Assembly: GCF_036321535.1 (NCBI RefSeq)
Contig: NC_087437.1
Coordinates: 21,454,001 to 21,518,000 of the forward strand
Direction: 5' to 3'
Origin: Camelus dromedarius
Taxonomy: Eukaryota
DNA: 64,000 nt
The notes beneath the pieces are model-generated. The model did not search any database and was not told where the DNA came from. It saw only the letters and a list, made by a program, of their open reading frames with translations. Below are positions 14,164 through 27,800 of the stretch, one piece after another (the first letter of the stretch is position 1; the number at the start of each line of letters is the position of its first letter). A program made the translations under genes and the position numbers.

Positions 14164-17100
14164 TATATTTGGTTTTATATTCTTTGTAATTAAAGGTTAT
14201 TACAAGACCGGGTTCACTTTTTTGTTTTGTTTTGGGGGAATAGGTAATTAGGTTTCTTTACGTATTTTTAAATTAATTTTTAATTTTATTTTATTTTTAG
14301 TGAAGGTACTGGGGACTGAGCCCAGGACCTTGTGCCTGCTAAGCATGCACTCTACTGCTGAGCTACACCCTCCCCGACAGGGTGCACTTTTTAGTTAGGC
14401 AAAGTAACCAATATTCCACACCACAACAGTTAAAGAAATTCTGATTTTTTTTTTTAAAAGTTAATGAAAGCTACAAATAACTGCAAAATACACACATAAA
14501 CATATGTGTGTATATACCTTAATGTTATTTTTCTAATTTTCAGTGGTATACCTCCTCTAAGCAAAGAATGTCAATTTGCTAATGTATTTTCCCCCAGTGG
14601 GAAATGGCTATTTTTGGTTATGATAAAGAAACCATGGGTCTTATGTAAAAGTTTTATAATAAACCTGCCAACTTTTAGTTTCCACAGAGGAGTTCTGAAC
14701 AGAAGCAGCCGACTGAATTTGCTCTGCCCTCTCATGGAACTCATTCTAGGTCAAAGCACAGCTTCTCGGCCCTAGAATGCCACTTTAACCTTAGTTCTTT
14801 CCAGCGCCCACATTTCAGATAAAGGAATGGCAGACACATAAATTTGGGTGTGAGTATGAAGAGAGAAATGTTTGTAATTGCCATTAACTCTTTTTAAAAA
14901 ATACCTGCAATCCACTAAAAGATGGAACAAAATAAACTCCTTCAGAATCTTCCAAACTTCTGGCCATTTTTTCAGTTTCAGCAGCATCTGTGAACAGATC
15001 TGCAAAAACAAAAACAAACAAACAACAACAAAAAAACGCTAAAACAAAACGAAGGTGTTGGGGAGGGACAAACAGAATTATGTTATATAACTTGTATTTA
15101 CATGCATCAACATTTGTTATGAATATAATTTGAAAGGTTGCTCACTTAAAAGGGTCAACACAAAGGCCAGTCTGCTCTAGTGCTACCCGGGTTCCCCACT
15201 GCAGAGATTTACGGCCCATGGAAGGGAGACAGAAGACCCTCTTAGATGGGCTCTGTGTGCAGCAGCCCTTACTTTTTCCTTTTAAAGATATTTGGGCTGT
15301 TTAAAAATCAGTTCTAAGTGTTTTCTGGCATTAAAAAATTTATTCTCCTGTAGATAACACCCATTCTAGTTCTCTGATGAAGAGATCATCTACCTAATAC
15401 TGCCAAGAGAGTCAACTGAAAAACTACACCATCAATGAGTTCAATAAGGGGCCAGTAACAAACAGATATACTAAAAGCCAATCTTTATAAAACAAAAAAA
15501 ATCAAGACCTATTTCATTTAGTATACTTCTTTTTTTTTAGTTAAGTATTTAATCTACATACAGGAAGATGCACAAATCCTAGGAGTGTACAGCTGGATGA
15601 CTTTTTCACAGTGTGAATACACCCAGGTAACCAACACTCAGATCAAGATACCAACTTCTTTTGTTCGACAACATGCCTGTGAGATCCATCCATTTTGTTA
15701 CAAGCAGTTGTACTCACTCATTCTCATGCCAGATTGGTAATCCACTCTCCACACGCACAATTCATTCAACTATTCTACATCTGATATGCATATGGGTAGT
15801 TTCCTGTTTTTGGCTAATATAAATAGGCCACTGTGAACATTCATGTACATTCTTTTTGGAAAGCATATGTATACATTTCTGTTTGCTATATACCAAGGGG
15901 TGGAATTGCTAGTCCTAGGGTCTTCATACTTAGAACTAGCTTTAGCAAATACTGCCAAATCATTTTCCAAAGTAATTTTTTACCAATTGAGGGCTCCTGC
16001 TAGCAATATGAGAGTTCCAGTTATCCCATATTCTTGCCAACAACTGATACTTCCTGTGTTTTCCATTTTAGCTATTTGGTGGTATTGCATGATGGCTTGA
16101 TTTGTATTTCTCTGTTGACTAATGAAGTTGAAATCCTTTTCATTGGCCATTTGGATAGTCTTGTTTGTGACTCCAAAATAAATTTGTGAAACTGACAGCA
16201 CAGATCAGATGAAAAAGCTCAGGAGCTGGTCATAATAAGTACTGCTGGCTTTACACAGCCTTAATTAGAGGGTTTTAATATCTTATATGCTTTGTTATTA
16301 TAATGAAGAATTAACTCAAGACAAGAAGTTTAAGGAATTCTTGTGTTAAAACACAAGTGGGAAGTGTATAGCTCAGTAGTAGAGTGCATGCTTAGCATGC
16401 ATGAGGTCCTGGGTTCAATCCCAGTATTTCCATTAAATAAGTAAGTAAGTAAGTAAGTAAGTAAATAAATAAATAAATAAATAAATAACCTAATAACCAT
16501 GCCACCCAAAAAAAGACTGATTAAAACACAAGAGAATGAGGATCACTTAATAATAATCACAAATTTCACTCAAAATGAGAGTTATCAGATCCATAAGTTA
16601 CATTCATTTGTCCAAAATGTCCAGGTAACACATCAAAATACATCTAGCACTTCAAAAACTAATATTAAAGAGAAAACACTGCTTTTGAAATCTATACTTA
16701 AAAAAAAATCACATCCAAGTGTCTATATATTTTTTGGGGGGGTAATTAGGTTTATTTATTATTGTTATTATTTATTTAATGGAGGCACTGGGGATTGAAC
16801 CCATGACCTTGTGTACGCTAATCATGCGCTCTACCACTGAGCTACACCCTCCCCTCCCCCAAATGTCTATATTTTTAAATCAAGATTTAGAAAATATACT
16901 AGGTGGCTGATCCTAGGAAAGTTTTTTGTAACAGACAAAGAAATGGGGGAAAATCTAGTTTGTTCACACTCTTTACTGGTTGTTCTGTCTGTGCTTGAAG
17001 AATTTCTCTAAATAATCTTCCACTTAAACTGTTCTCAAATGAGCTTATTGATGGAAAGTCTTCTAAAGTAAGCAAACTTATCTCTCTCTCACTGAGTGCA

Positions 17101-20100
17101 ACTAAAAATCCGGGATGGAATACACAGAAAAGTTATCTGAGGACTCAAAAGAACAAGCTAGCAGTCCAACCAGGGAACTCTGAGTACCACCAAACTGGCA
17201 GCGAATTTCCTGTTTTTTATTTTCTCTGGTATCTCCTGGCCTAGGATCAGGGACAACCTGAAACCTGAAACTTGAGTCTGTATACTAGGTGCAAAAATGG
17301 GCAGCTTCTGAAGAAGCACCCTCTCTTTGGCCTGAGAAATAGGAGCCAGGGGCCTCTATAGGACAGAAAGGGAGTAATTATCCTGGTTTGTTTGGGGGTG
17401 GGGGGGTTCTTTCGACTTGAATAAGAAAGAAAAAAAAAAAACAAAACTGAGAAAGAGAGAGAGCAAGAAAGAGAAAACAGAGCCTCAGGGGTCAGTGGGA
17501 CAATAAGAAAAGGCCCATTTCTGTCACTGAGTCCCAGAAGGAAAGGACAAAGAATGCACTGCAGAAAAACTACGTGAAGGAAAAAAATGACTGTAAATTT
17601 CCCACAGTGGAGGAAAGATATAAATCTATAGATTCAATAAGTTCAGCAGGGGAGGGTATGTAGCTCAATTGGTAGAGTGTGTGCTTAGCATACACAAGAT
17701 CCTGGGTTCAATCCCCAGTACCTCCATTAATAGACAAACAAACAAACCTAATTACCACCCCCCCAAAAAACATGTTCTGCAAATCTCAAACAGCATGAAC
17801 ACAAAGAAATTCATGCACAGCCACACCATAATAAAACTGAAAACTGACAGCCAAAGGCAAAGAAAAAGTCTTGAAAGTAGCCAGATTACATACTAGGGAA
17901 CAAACACTGAAACAACTATAGGTTTCTCATCAAATGATGATAGTCTAAAGACAGTGGAAGTACTAAAAGAAAAGAGCTGATGACCCAGAACTTGACATCC
18001 AGCAAAAATTATCCCTCAGGAATAAAGACAGTCTCCACTGAAGGATGATTAAGAGAATTTGTTGCCAACAAACATACTATAAAAGAAATGCTCAAGGACA
18101 TCTATATGCAAAAAAAACTTAATTTAAAAAGAACCTCAACTTAAATCTCACATTTTATACAAAGATGGGTTATATAGCTAAATGTATAACTAAAACATAA
18201 ACTACAACACCTGTAGAAGAAAATATGGGAGAAAAATCTTTATGTCTGATTTGGCAAATAGTTCTTAGATAGAGAACCCAAAATACAATCCATAAAACAA
18301 AAAATTGATAAATTAGACTTTACCAATTTAAAAACAGTTAAGGAATGAAAAGATATGATATGAAAAGATAAGGCACAGTCAAAGGAAAAATATTTGCAAA
18401 TCATATATTCCAAAATGGACCTGTGTTCAGAATTTAAAAAGAACTCTTAAAACTTATCAGTAAGAAAACCCAATAAAAAATACACAAAAGATCTGGATAC
18501 TTCACCAAAAAAGATACACAGATGAAAAGTGAGCACATGGAAAGTAGTTTGACATTATTAGCTATCAGGAGCATGCAAATTAAAAGCAAAATGAAGTAAC
18601 ATTACACACCAATCAGAGTGACTTACAGAAAAGGAAGAAGAAAAAAGACAATACCAACCACTGGAGCAAGATGAACATGCACATTGTTGCTAAGAACATA
18701 AAATGGTACAGCCAGTCTGGAAAACAGTTTGGCAGGTTTGGGTTTGTTTTTTTTAATAAAAAATAAACATAGTTATTTATGTATGTGTTTATATGACATG
18801 TATGAAATTGTGTCTATATAAGCCAGCAATCCCACTCTTAGGTATCTACCCTAGAAAGATGAAATCTTACATTCACAGAAAAACCTCTACATGACTGTTC
18901 ATAGGAGCTTTATTCACATGTCTTTCTGTGGGAGGATGGATGAACAAATTGTGATATATCCACATAACAGAAAATTGCTTAGCAATAAAATGAAATGAAC
19001 TATTGATAAACACAAAAACATGAATCTCAAAGGTAATATGCTAGGTAAAAGACACCATCTCAACTGGTTATATGATTCCATTTATATGATACTGTGGAAA
19101 AGGTAAAAGCATAGGGATGGAGAACAGACTGGATCTGCTGCCAGAGATCAGAACAGGGCAGGGATTTACCAAGGAATGACACAAGGTAATTTGGAGGGAT
19201 GATCAAAGTGTTTAGTACATCAATTACAGTCCTGATCGTGGTGATGGTTATTCAGTCTATACAGATCTTAAAACTAGTAGAACTATACACCAAAAACCCA
19301 ACCTAAACCAAACCAAAAACAACCACTATAAACCTACAGCTGTAGATTCAGATATGAATAAATTGATTATAGCGATAACTGTACATTTTTATATGTCAGT
19401 ATCTACTTGGTCAAAACTCACTGAATGAATCCTTAAAATAGGTGACTAATTATATATAAATTAAACCACAATAAAGTTGATTTTGAATAATATTTTTTTC
19501 TTAAATATAGGAAAAGAAGTTCAACTTCACTCATAATAAGAGAAACGTCATTCACACACTGTGATGTTATTTCTCACCCATCTAGGTAGAGATTTTTAGT
19601 CACATTTTTTTTCCTCTGGTCTTCCCTCTGTATTGCTTACCTTTCAGTTTCCTTTTCTATTTTTTATTCCTTTCTGTTTTTAAATTCTTCCTGATTCCTA
19701 TTTGAACTGTTAGCACTGTCCATTTTACATTTTATTAATTTTTTTTCATTTTATATGTCATGGTTTTTGCTCTTTGAAACTTTTTATACTTTCCCAACAT
19801 TTCCATGCAACATTTTCTTTTATCCATTTATTGTTTCCCTTTTGTTGCTGTTATTGTAATCTTCTGTTTCTTCCATGAGATCTGCCTCTGTGGGAGCTGC
19901 CTGTTGTGGTTTATTGAACTGGTCACCCTCCTCCAAGGTGCTGCGTATTCTTAAAACACATTGTGCTCTTTCAGGTCAGGCTGAGGGGTTCAGCAGGTAG
20001 TGAGCAGTAAGGGAGTGAACACCCTTGGCTCTTGGGTTTCTTTTTTCTTTCTTTTTAATGTAGGTACTGGGGATTGAACCCAGGACCTCGTGCGTGCTAC

Positions 20101-21797
20101 GCATGCTAGGCATACTCTCTACCATGAGCTATTTCCCTTCCCCCTCGGGTTTATTAAAGTATGAGAAAGATTAGACCTCTTGCCCCAGCCTGGAAGAGGA
20201 GCAGTTCAGATCAACTGGTCCTGACGTCCACTGTTAGCAGGCTCTCTCCCAGGGATGGGCAGACCCAGCTCTTCCTTCTCCACATGCTGACGGGATTTTC
20301 TCCTGACTCATCAACCTCCATCCATAGCATATCAGGGTCCTCACCAGCCTCTAACATTTTCACCAGTAATACTCAGTTGGTGCCTTGCACAGACCCTGCG
20401 CCTGCAGTCTACTTCATTCATGTTTGGGCTCCATTCCAGCCACAGCCGTACTCATCTTACTGTGTGTCATCCCAGCAGGAAGCAAGAGGGAGGCAAGGTC
20501 ATGAACAAAGACCCTACTCACTAGCAGTAACATGTCACTATTCACCGCCACCTCATTAGTTCATACATGAAAGAATGTTTATCTCATCTCCTCTAATGAG
20601 GCTGTATCTCTCCTGGGAAGATACCCAGGGAGAAGAAATCAGTTTCCTTTATTTCTAGTAAACAAGAGTCCTGGGTAATTCTACATGTATAAGGGAAGTC
20701 TGATGGGGATTGCCTGGAGCCGGCAGATGTGACATGCAGTAGCAGTTAAAAGTGGTATCACTGGGGAAAAGGCGTCCCCGGACCCACGTTACTGGAGGAC
20801 TACAGAGATGGGAGCTGTCTCAGTTATAGAAAAGAAATAGGGCATTCTTTCAGTTCTTTAAACGGGTCATGTTCCTCCCTGCTCGGGGCCTTCCTCACTG
20901 GTCCTCTCTGAGTGGACTGCTCCTTGGCCAACAGCCTCCCCACCTATCCCACCACCCCTATTCTTCCTTCAGGGCTCCCCTGAAACATGACTTCTTTAAA
21001 GAAGCCCTTTTTGTCACTAGACAAAGCCCTTCCTTTAGAAAGAGATCACTGATTCTACTTCTTCCTGGCACTTAACACAAATCCTTAGTGTTAAGTAGTG
21101 TATATCTGCTAATCCTTTGTTTTTTTCAATTATTCATTTAATAGATGTCTTTCTTGCTAGACTATAACCTCCTGCTAGACTTATGAGGGCCAGGAGTGTC
21201 TGTCTTACTCACTGGTGTCTCCTACCATGCATAGTTCCAGGCTTGTACTCAACACTCAGTTACTTGTTAGGTGAATAAAAGCTGGAAGACATAAAAATAT
21301 TTCTAAGATTGAGACAGCAAAACAGAACAAAGAGTGAAGAGGAGCAGAAACAGACCAAATTAAAGGAAAAGCCTGTAGGGGACAGTTGACATAGGAGGCT
21401 CAGGGGTAAAAAAAAGTGAGAGAGAACTAGCCCGTGTGAAAAGGTTAAGAAAATAAATCTAAAAATCAGGATGAAATTGGTTTAAGAGAGCTTTTACTCC
21501 TGAGCCTGAGTTGTTCAACCCAGTAAAGAGGTGGAAGGAAGCCACCATTCAGAGCAGAGCAAGCCAGCATGTCACACACAGACAGAAAGGCTCAGATCAC
21601 ATATCTTCAAGGAAATGACAGTTACTCAGGCTCTCACTCACTGTGTTTCTCCTGAATGTAATTTAGTTATTTTCTTTAATATACTCACTAAAGTGAATTC
21701 TAAGAATATATTCAAATAAAGGTCAATTTTTTTTTAATTGAAGTAGAGTTGATTTACAATGTTGTGTTAGTTTCTGGTGTACAGCACAGTGATTCAG

Positions 21798-21831
<34 letters not shown>

Positions 21832-24800
21832 TTTTTCATTATATGTTATTACAAGACATTGAATATAGTTACCTGTGCTATATAGTTGGACCTTATTGTT
21901 TATTTTATAAATAGTAGTGTATATCTGCTAATTCCAAAGTCCTAATTTATCCCACCCTGATCCTCCCCATTTGGTAACCATAACTTTGTTTTCTATGTCT
22001 GTGAGTCTGTTTCTGTTTTGTAAATAAGTTCATTTGTGTCATTTCTTAGATTCCACATATAAGTGATATCATATGATATTTCTTTCTCTGTCGGACTTAC
22101 TTCACTTAATATGATAATTTCTAAGTCCAAAAACCGACTTTTTATATGGATTTCAGACAGATATATGACAGTAATGTTTAGTTCTGCCAATGACTGAAAT
22201 TTTAAATTAAATAATTCAACCCAATTCTCTCTCACTCCAGTTAGACCAATGGTCCTAGTTCCTACCAGAGGTGAAATTAGCCTTCAGGAGGGACTTGTGC
22301 CTCTACCGGAAACTACATCACTTTTCTAGGTCAGGGTCAGTTAGCTTCATCTCCCAGGAAAGAGTTTTCATCATTTGAGAGTCACAGTGAGTGAGCCTCA
22401 ACTCAGCAAAGCAGTGGAAGTGATTTTCACTGATACTGTATATATGATGTCATATGAAACTTGGGAATGGTTTTTTTTTAATGATGATGTGAAATTATTC
22501 TGTTTTTTCTTTGTGTCTTTTGAGAAGGAATAAAATTAATAAAAGGTATCACTAAAAAAGAAGAAATATGCAACCTATATTTTCTACTTCTGATAATCTG
22601 GAGTTAACTAAAGATACAGGTCCAAAAAATTAAAAGTACATTTAAGGAAGAAGGGACTTTTAAGCGGTAAAAAGCTTCCAAATAACCATTTTTTGAAATA
22701 AGTAATCTTAAGCTTATAATGCGGGTGCAGGCTTATAGACAAAGAGAAAGAAAGGAAGAAAGGAAGAAAGGAAGAAATGGATTGGCATTTGCCAGTGGAA
22801 TTGCTTTGTCTTTAAACAAATCAGCTTAGTTCATATTAGCAAAGTAGAAAGTCGACCCTCTCCATAATTTAATTATCAGAAATAATGACTGTTAATACTT
22901 TGGTATGTAACATTACACAGCTCATGCATGAAAAACGGCTATGTAATATACAGGCTGTTCATTATTCACAATAGCCACAAAGTGGAAATAACCCAGATGT
23001 CCATCAACTGATGAATGGATAAATAAACTGTAGTATGTCTGTATAATGGGAAATTATTCAGCAACAAAAAGAAATGAAGTACTGATATACACTACAATGT
23101 GGGTGAACCTTGAAAACAGTTTGCTGAAATGAGAGAAGCCAGTTACAAAAGACCATATATTGTTTGATTCCATCTATAAGAAACTGTCCAGAATAGGCAA
23201 ATCCATAGATGGAAAGCAGACTAACGGTAGCTTAGGGGTGGTGGAGAGAAGAGTCCCTGCCAGTGGGTATGATGGTTTCTTTTAAGGAGAAACAAAAATT
23301 TTCTAAAATTAGATTGTGGTGATGGCTGCACAACCCTGTGAAACTACTTAAAAATACTAAATTTTACCCTTTAAATAAGAGAGTTATATGGCATGTGAAT
23401 TATATTTCAATAAAGCTTTTTGTAAAAAAGCAAAATTAAACAAGCTATTCTTCCACTGCAGCAACTGTGGTTGCAGTAAGACAGGCAACACTGTTATCTG
23501 TCACTGTACAATGTTCCACTATACGGATGCACTGACATTTACTCACTTAATGCTCTATTATGAGACAGGAACTTATTTCCAATGGCCATATTGAACACCT
23601 ATATACGAACATGCCTTTTGCATGCCTATATGATTACTTTCTCAGGAAACAAAGAATAGACCTGAGGGCCAAGGGTTTGCATTCTACAAAATAACACATG
23701 TTGTCTAACTGCCCTCCAAAGAGGCCATACTAATTAACATTCATCTCAATGGAAAACAAGATTTTCTCTCTACATGCCCACCAGTGGTGAGCATCATTAA
23801 ACTAACTGATCTCTGACAAGGACAGGTGACATCAGTTTTAAAATGTGTATTTTTTGAATATTTCTTTGATTATTGAATTTGAAGCATATTTTTTTCTCAG
23901 CAAAATAGTGTAACATTTTTTACTCATTAATTGCCTGATACCACTATGATTTTCTCCTATATTCATACTGTTAAGGATTTTCACACTATGACTTTGTAAT
24001 ATCAATGTCTATAGAGACCTGGAGGGGAGGTTATAGCTCAAGGGGTAGAGCACATGCTTAGCATGCATGAGGTCCTGGGTTCAATCCCCAGTACCTCCTC
24101 TAGACATAAATAAATAAATAAACCTAATCCCCTCCCCACCAAGATAAACAAAAACAAACAAACAAAAAAAGTTGTCAACCTAGAATACTATATCAAGTTA
24201 AAATATCTTCAAAAACAAATGAAATAAAGACTTAAAAAAATTTTCCATAGAGGCCTATAGACAGATAATTCAAATGTTAATAGTCATTTGATTTATAAAA
24301 TACCTATTTTTCTGTCCTTTATCCATTTTGGGAGTCATCCTTATTAATTTTTCTAACATGGCTTCACCAGTTTCTCTTTTAACTTTGCTACAGCATCTCC
24401 CTCCCTACACATGCTAATATTTTAAATACTTACAGCTATTCTTTTTCTTTATAGTACCTGGCTTTAATGCCTAGCCTTTCACTATCTCAATGTCATAAAA
24501 ATAACATCTTATATTTTCTTCTAGCTTGTGCCATTTTATTTTGGTTTTCATCTGAATGATCTGTTCATTCCCTGCTTATCTGTGATCCTGTGTGATTCTT
24601 GAGTCTGGCCTGTGAAATCTGTTTAAAGGACGACTTACCTAAGTGTTGAGCCCATTCTATGGCAGTGCCAGTGTCTCCTGCGTTGCTTTCAGCTAAGCAT
24701 ACAACTTCTTGCCCAATCTTCCACCCAATTAATGGATAAAAGCCTTAAAAACAAATAAACAATATAAGTCATATGGTAGATAGCAAATTCATTACAGAGA

Positions 24801-27800
24801 CGTCTATGATGGAACAATTTGTAGCAACATGGCTCTAAGGTCACGCTGCCTGAGTTCTCATCCCAGCCCTACCACGTTTCTAGCTGTGTTCTTATAGGTT
24901 TCTAACCTCTTAGCCTGTTTCCTCAACTGTAAAAAAATAAAAATTAAAAAAAAAAAAAAAGAGAGAGAGAGAGCTCCTGTAAGAATAAACTGAATTAATA
25001 CATAAAAAGAACTTAGTGCAGTGCCTGGCATATAATATGAATAATAAATATTAGCTTTTATTAGCTATAAGCATATCTATGTCTCTACAAACAAAGAAAC
25101 TATTTTAATTGAGAAATTAAAGGTTATTATGAGATTGATTTTCTAGAGAACTAACTATGCTATTGCATTATCTGTAGTTTCTAAACAGTTCCTAAATAGA
25201 AACAATGATGAACATTTTCTAGCTTCCATTTTCCTACTTAGGTAAAAAGGAAGAACTTTAGGAGGGATGACAGGTAGGAAAAAAATTTAAAAAGATTTAG
25301 TAGCCATGTTAGGGGACCAGGGCTCAGACGGAGAGCCTCCAGCCCTCCTGGGTGTAGTTACACAATCTAAATTTCCTGGTTTGTACATTACAGGATTTCC
25401 TCTATTAGGGAGAGCAAATTCCAAGCAATTGTCATTAAAACTCTAAATTGCATGGATCACTAGTTGAGAAGTACCACCCCTAAAAAAATTCACAAAAAGA
25501 AGAATAATTTATAACACATAAAATAAATTTTAGAGGCCCAGAAAGATATTCTAAATAAATATAACAAGTATTATAGGTAAATATTTGGAAAGCTGATCAA
25601 AATAGCCTAACCTTTCTGAATTTTTCTATAAAATCTTTCTCATTTTTTAAATGCTTTTAATTTAAAGAAAAAAAGGAAATGGCGATTGACTGTCTCTAAG
25701 AATAATAATGAAAACTGTTAGAATATTCTTAATATAAAATGGGAAAATAGTGTCACAAAAGTTAAATGTGAAAAAAAGTGTTATTTTATAATAAGTAGGA
25801 CAAATTCTAACTACTTACCTCCAACACTCTGCTGAGGGTTACTTCCAGTATTAATATCCAAAAATGTCCCAGTTCCCATGGTTAACTTCACGTCTCCTGT
25901 CTGAAAGCAGCATTCTCCAAACATGGCTGATTGCTGGTCAGCAACCTGCCAAAAACATTCAAATAAAACCTTTGGGCCCTTAGCATAGTCCATTTCACTG
26001 TACCCCACTGTCTTACTTATTGTATTCTCATTGTTCAACATTTTCTTTCCTTTAAAAAAAAAAATCACTGGTGAGAACAGAGAGCAACAACTATACCATA
26101 GGAGTCTCTCCAGAACTAACATTATGTGGATAACTAACGTGTCTCTGGGATTTTTAACAGGGAACCCACTTCATGACTTTTAAGTATCATAATAATATTA
26201 GAAATAAAGGTTAGAATAAAATTTGTGCAAGAAAAAAAAAGCAACTAAGATTATTCGTTTTCAACTTGTCAGCGCTTTCATTCATTATAATTTCATTCAA
26301 AATAACTGACCACACAAATTTCTTTTAATAAGAGTGATAAGTGTGTGATTAACTGTAAGTAGATGTAGGTTAAAACCATACATTTGCCAACCATACACTC
26401 TTGTTAAAAAATTGTAACATTTTGTTCATATAATTACATGTTATTAGCAGTATTTTAAGGACTAAAACTCATCTGAAGAACACTCTCTCACTAACCTATA
26501 ATTCTTCCAGCCAAACCTTAAACTAAACCTGAGCCTACCCAGAGTTGAGTAAGACTGATCCTCTCCAGGAATTTGTAACATGGTAATTAAATTCCTCTCC
26601 CCTCACCTGACTTGTCCACCTACCGTGGTTGATCATCTATCTAGAGACAGATGCTCTACATCTCTTACACGAAATCAAAGGCAAGGTTTGAGTTTCTATT
26701 CAGCCTCTCAATCAGGTGGTAGAATCCATGGGATTCTCCAAGTTCTGACTCTCTCATTCAGCCAGACAGAAGTCTAATCAAGAAAGGAACCTCAAAAAAC
26801 TAGAAACAGCAAATTTTTTACTCTCCCACAGATTCTCTACTGGCTAAGTAAATGCTGACTAAGGATTTTATATAATGCAAATACATTTCTTTTTTTTTTT
26901 CTCGGCTAGGGGGCAGATTGGGTTTATGTATTTATTTTTTCATAGGAGGTACTGGGAGTTGAACCCAGAACCCTGTGTATGCTAAGCATGTGCTCTACCA
27001 CTTAAGCTACATCCTCCCCTCTCAAAATATATTTCTTCTTGACTTTAATTGCCCCATCACAGTTTATCATTACACTATATCAAATATAAACTAAGCACTG
27101 GCCCTATCACTGTCTTTTGTCTCAAGTATAAACCATGCATTATTCAGAATACAACATTTTAAAAAAATTTAATGCAGTTTTCTGAAAAACAATATATAGA
27201 GAATTCAGAAAAGGTTATAAAGTATGTCCACAATAGAAGACTGGCCCAGTGGTCCCCTTTCCAGAATATAGAGAATGCTTCTGATTCTATCCAGGGCCCT
27301 TTAACTTGAAAAAAAAAAGAAAAGAAAAAAACTTTAACTTCATTCTGCAAGGATCTTTCGTGATCCTTAAATCTAATCCCAACTATGCATTTAGTTTACA
27401 CTGTACAAGGAGAAACCCTCAAGTCTTCTACTTACCAAGGCCACTATTGGTATAGGCACACCAAATACCTCTTCATCCACTGATCCAAAATTGTAGCTTC
27501 AAATAAAATTGATGAAAAAGTAAGTTATAGCTCTAGAAATATAATCCTAAAGTTTAGCAAACTGTTTTCAGCATAGGCCAAAAAGTTACATAATGAACAC
27601 ATACATAGGCATTTCACAAATGTGATAAAATGCTTGTCCCCACAAAGACAAAGTGAATTCAGGGACAGTTTTGTTGGTTTCTATATCTGATTTTTATTTT
27701 TACCTCGTATCCCTCACGGGAGGCAGGAGAGAGAGCGGGATGGAAAGCAGGGAGGTGATGAACTTGCTCCAACACATCTGAGCAGAAAAACATGGCATCA

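Noticed and set aside
16438..16487. Regular short repeats that might suggest an array
   Set aside because: Simple (TAAG)n(TAAA)n in a SINE tail; no repeat-spacer structure, and no CRISPR-like array seen anywhere in the window.
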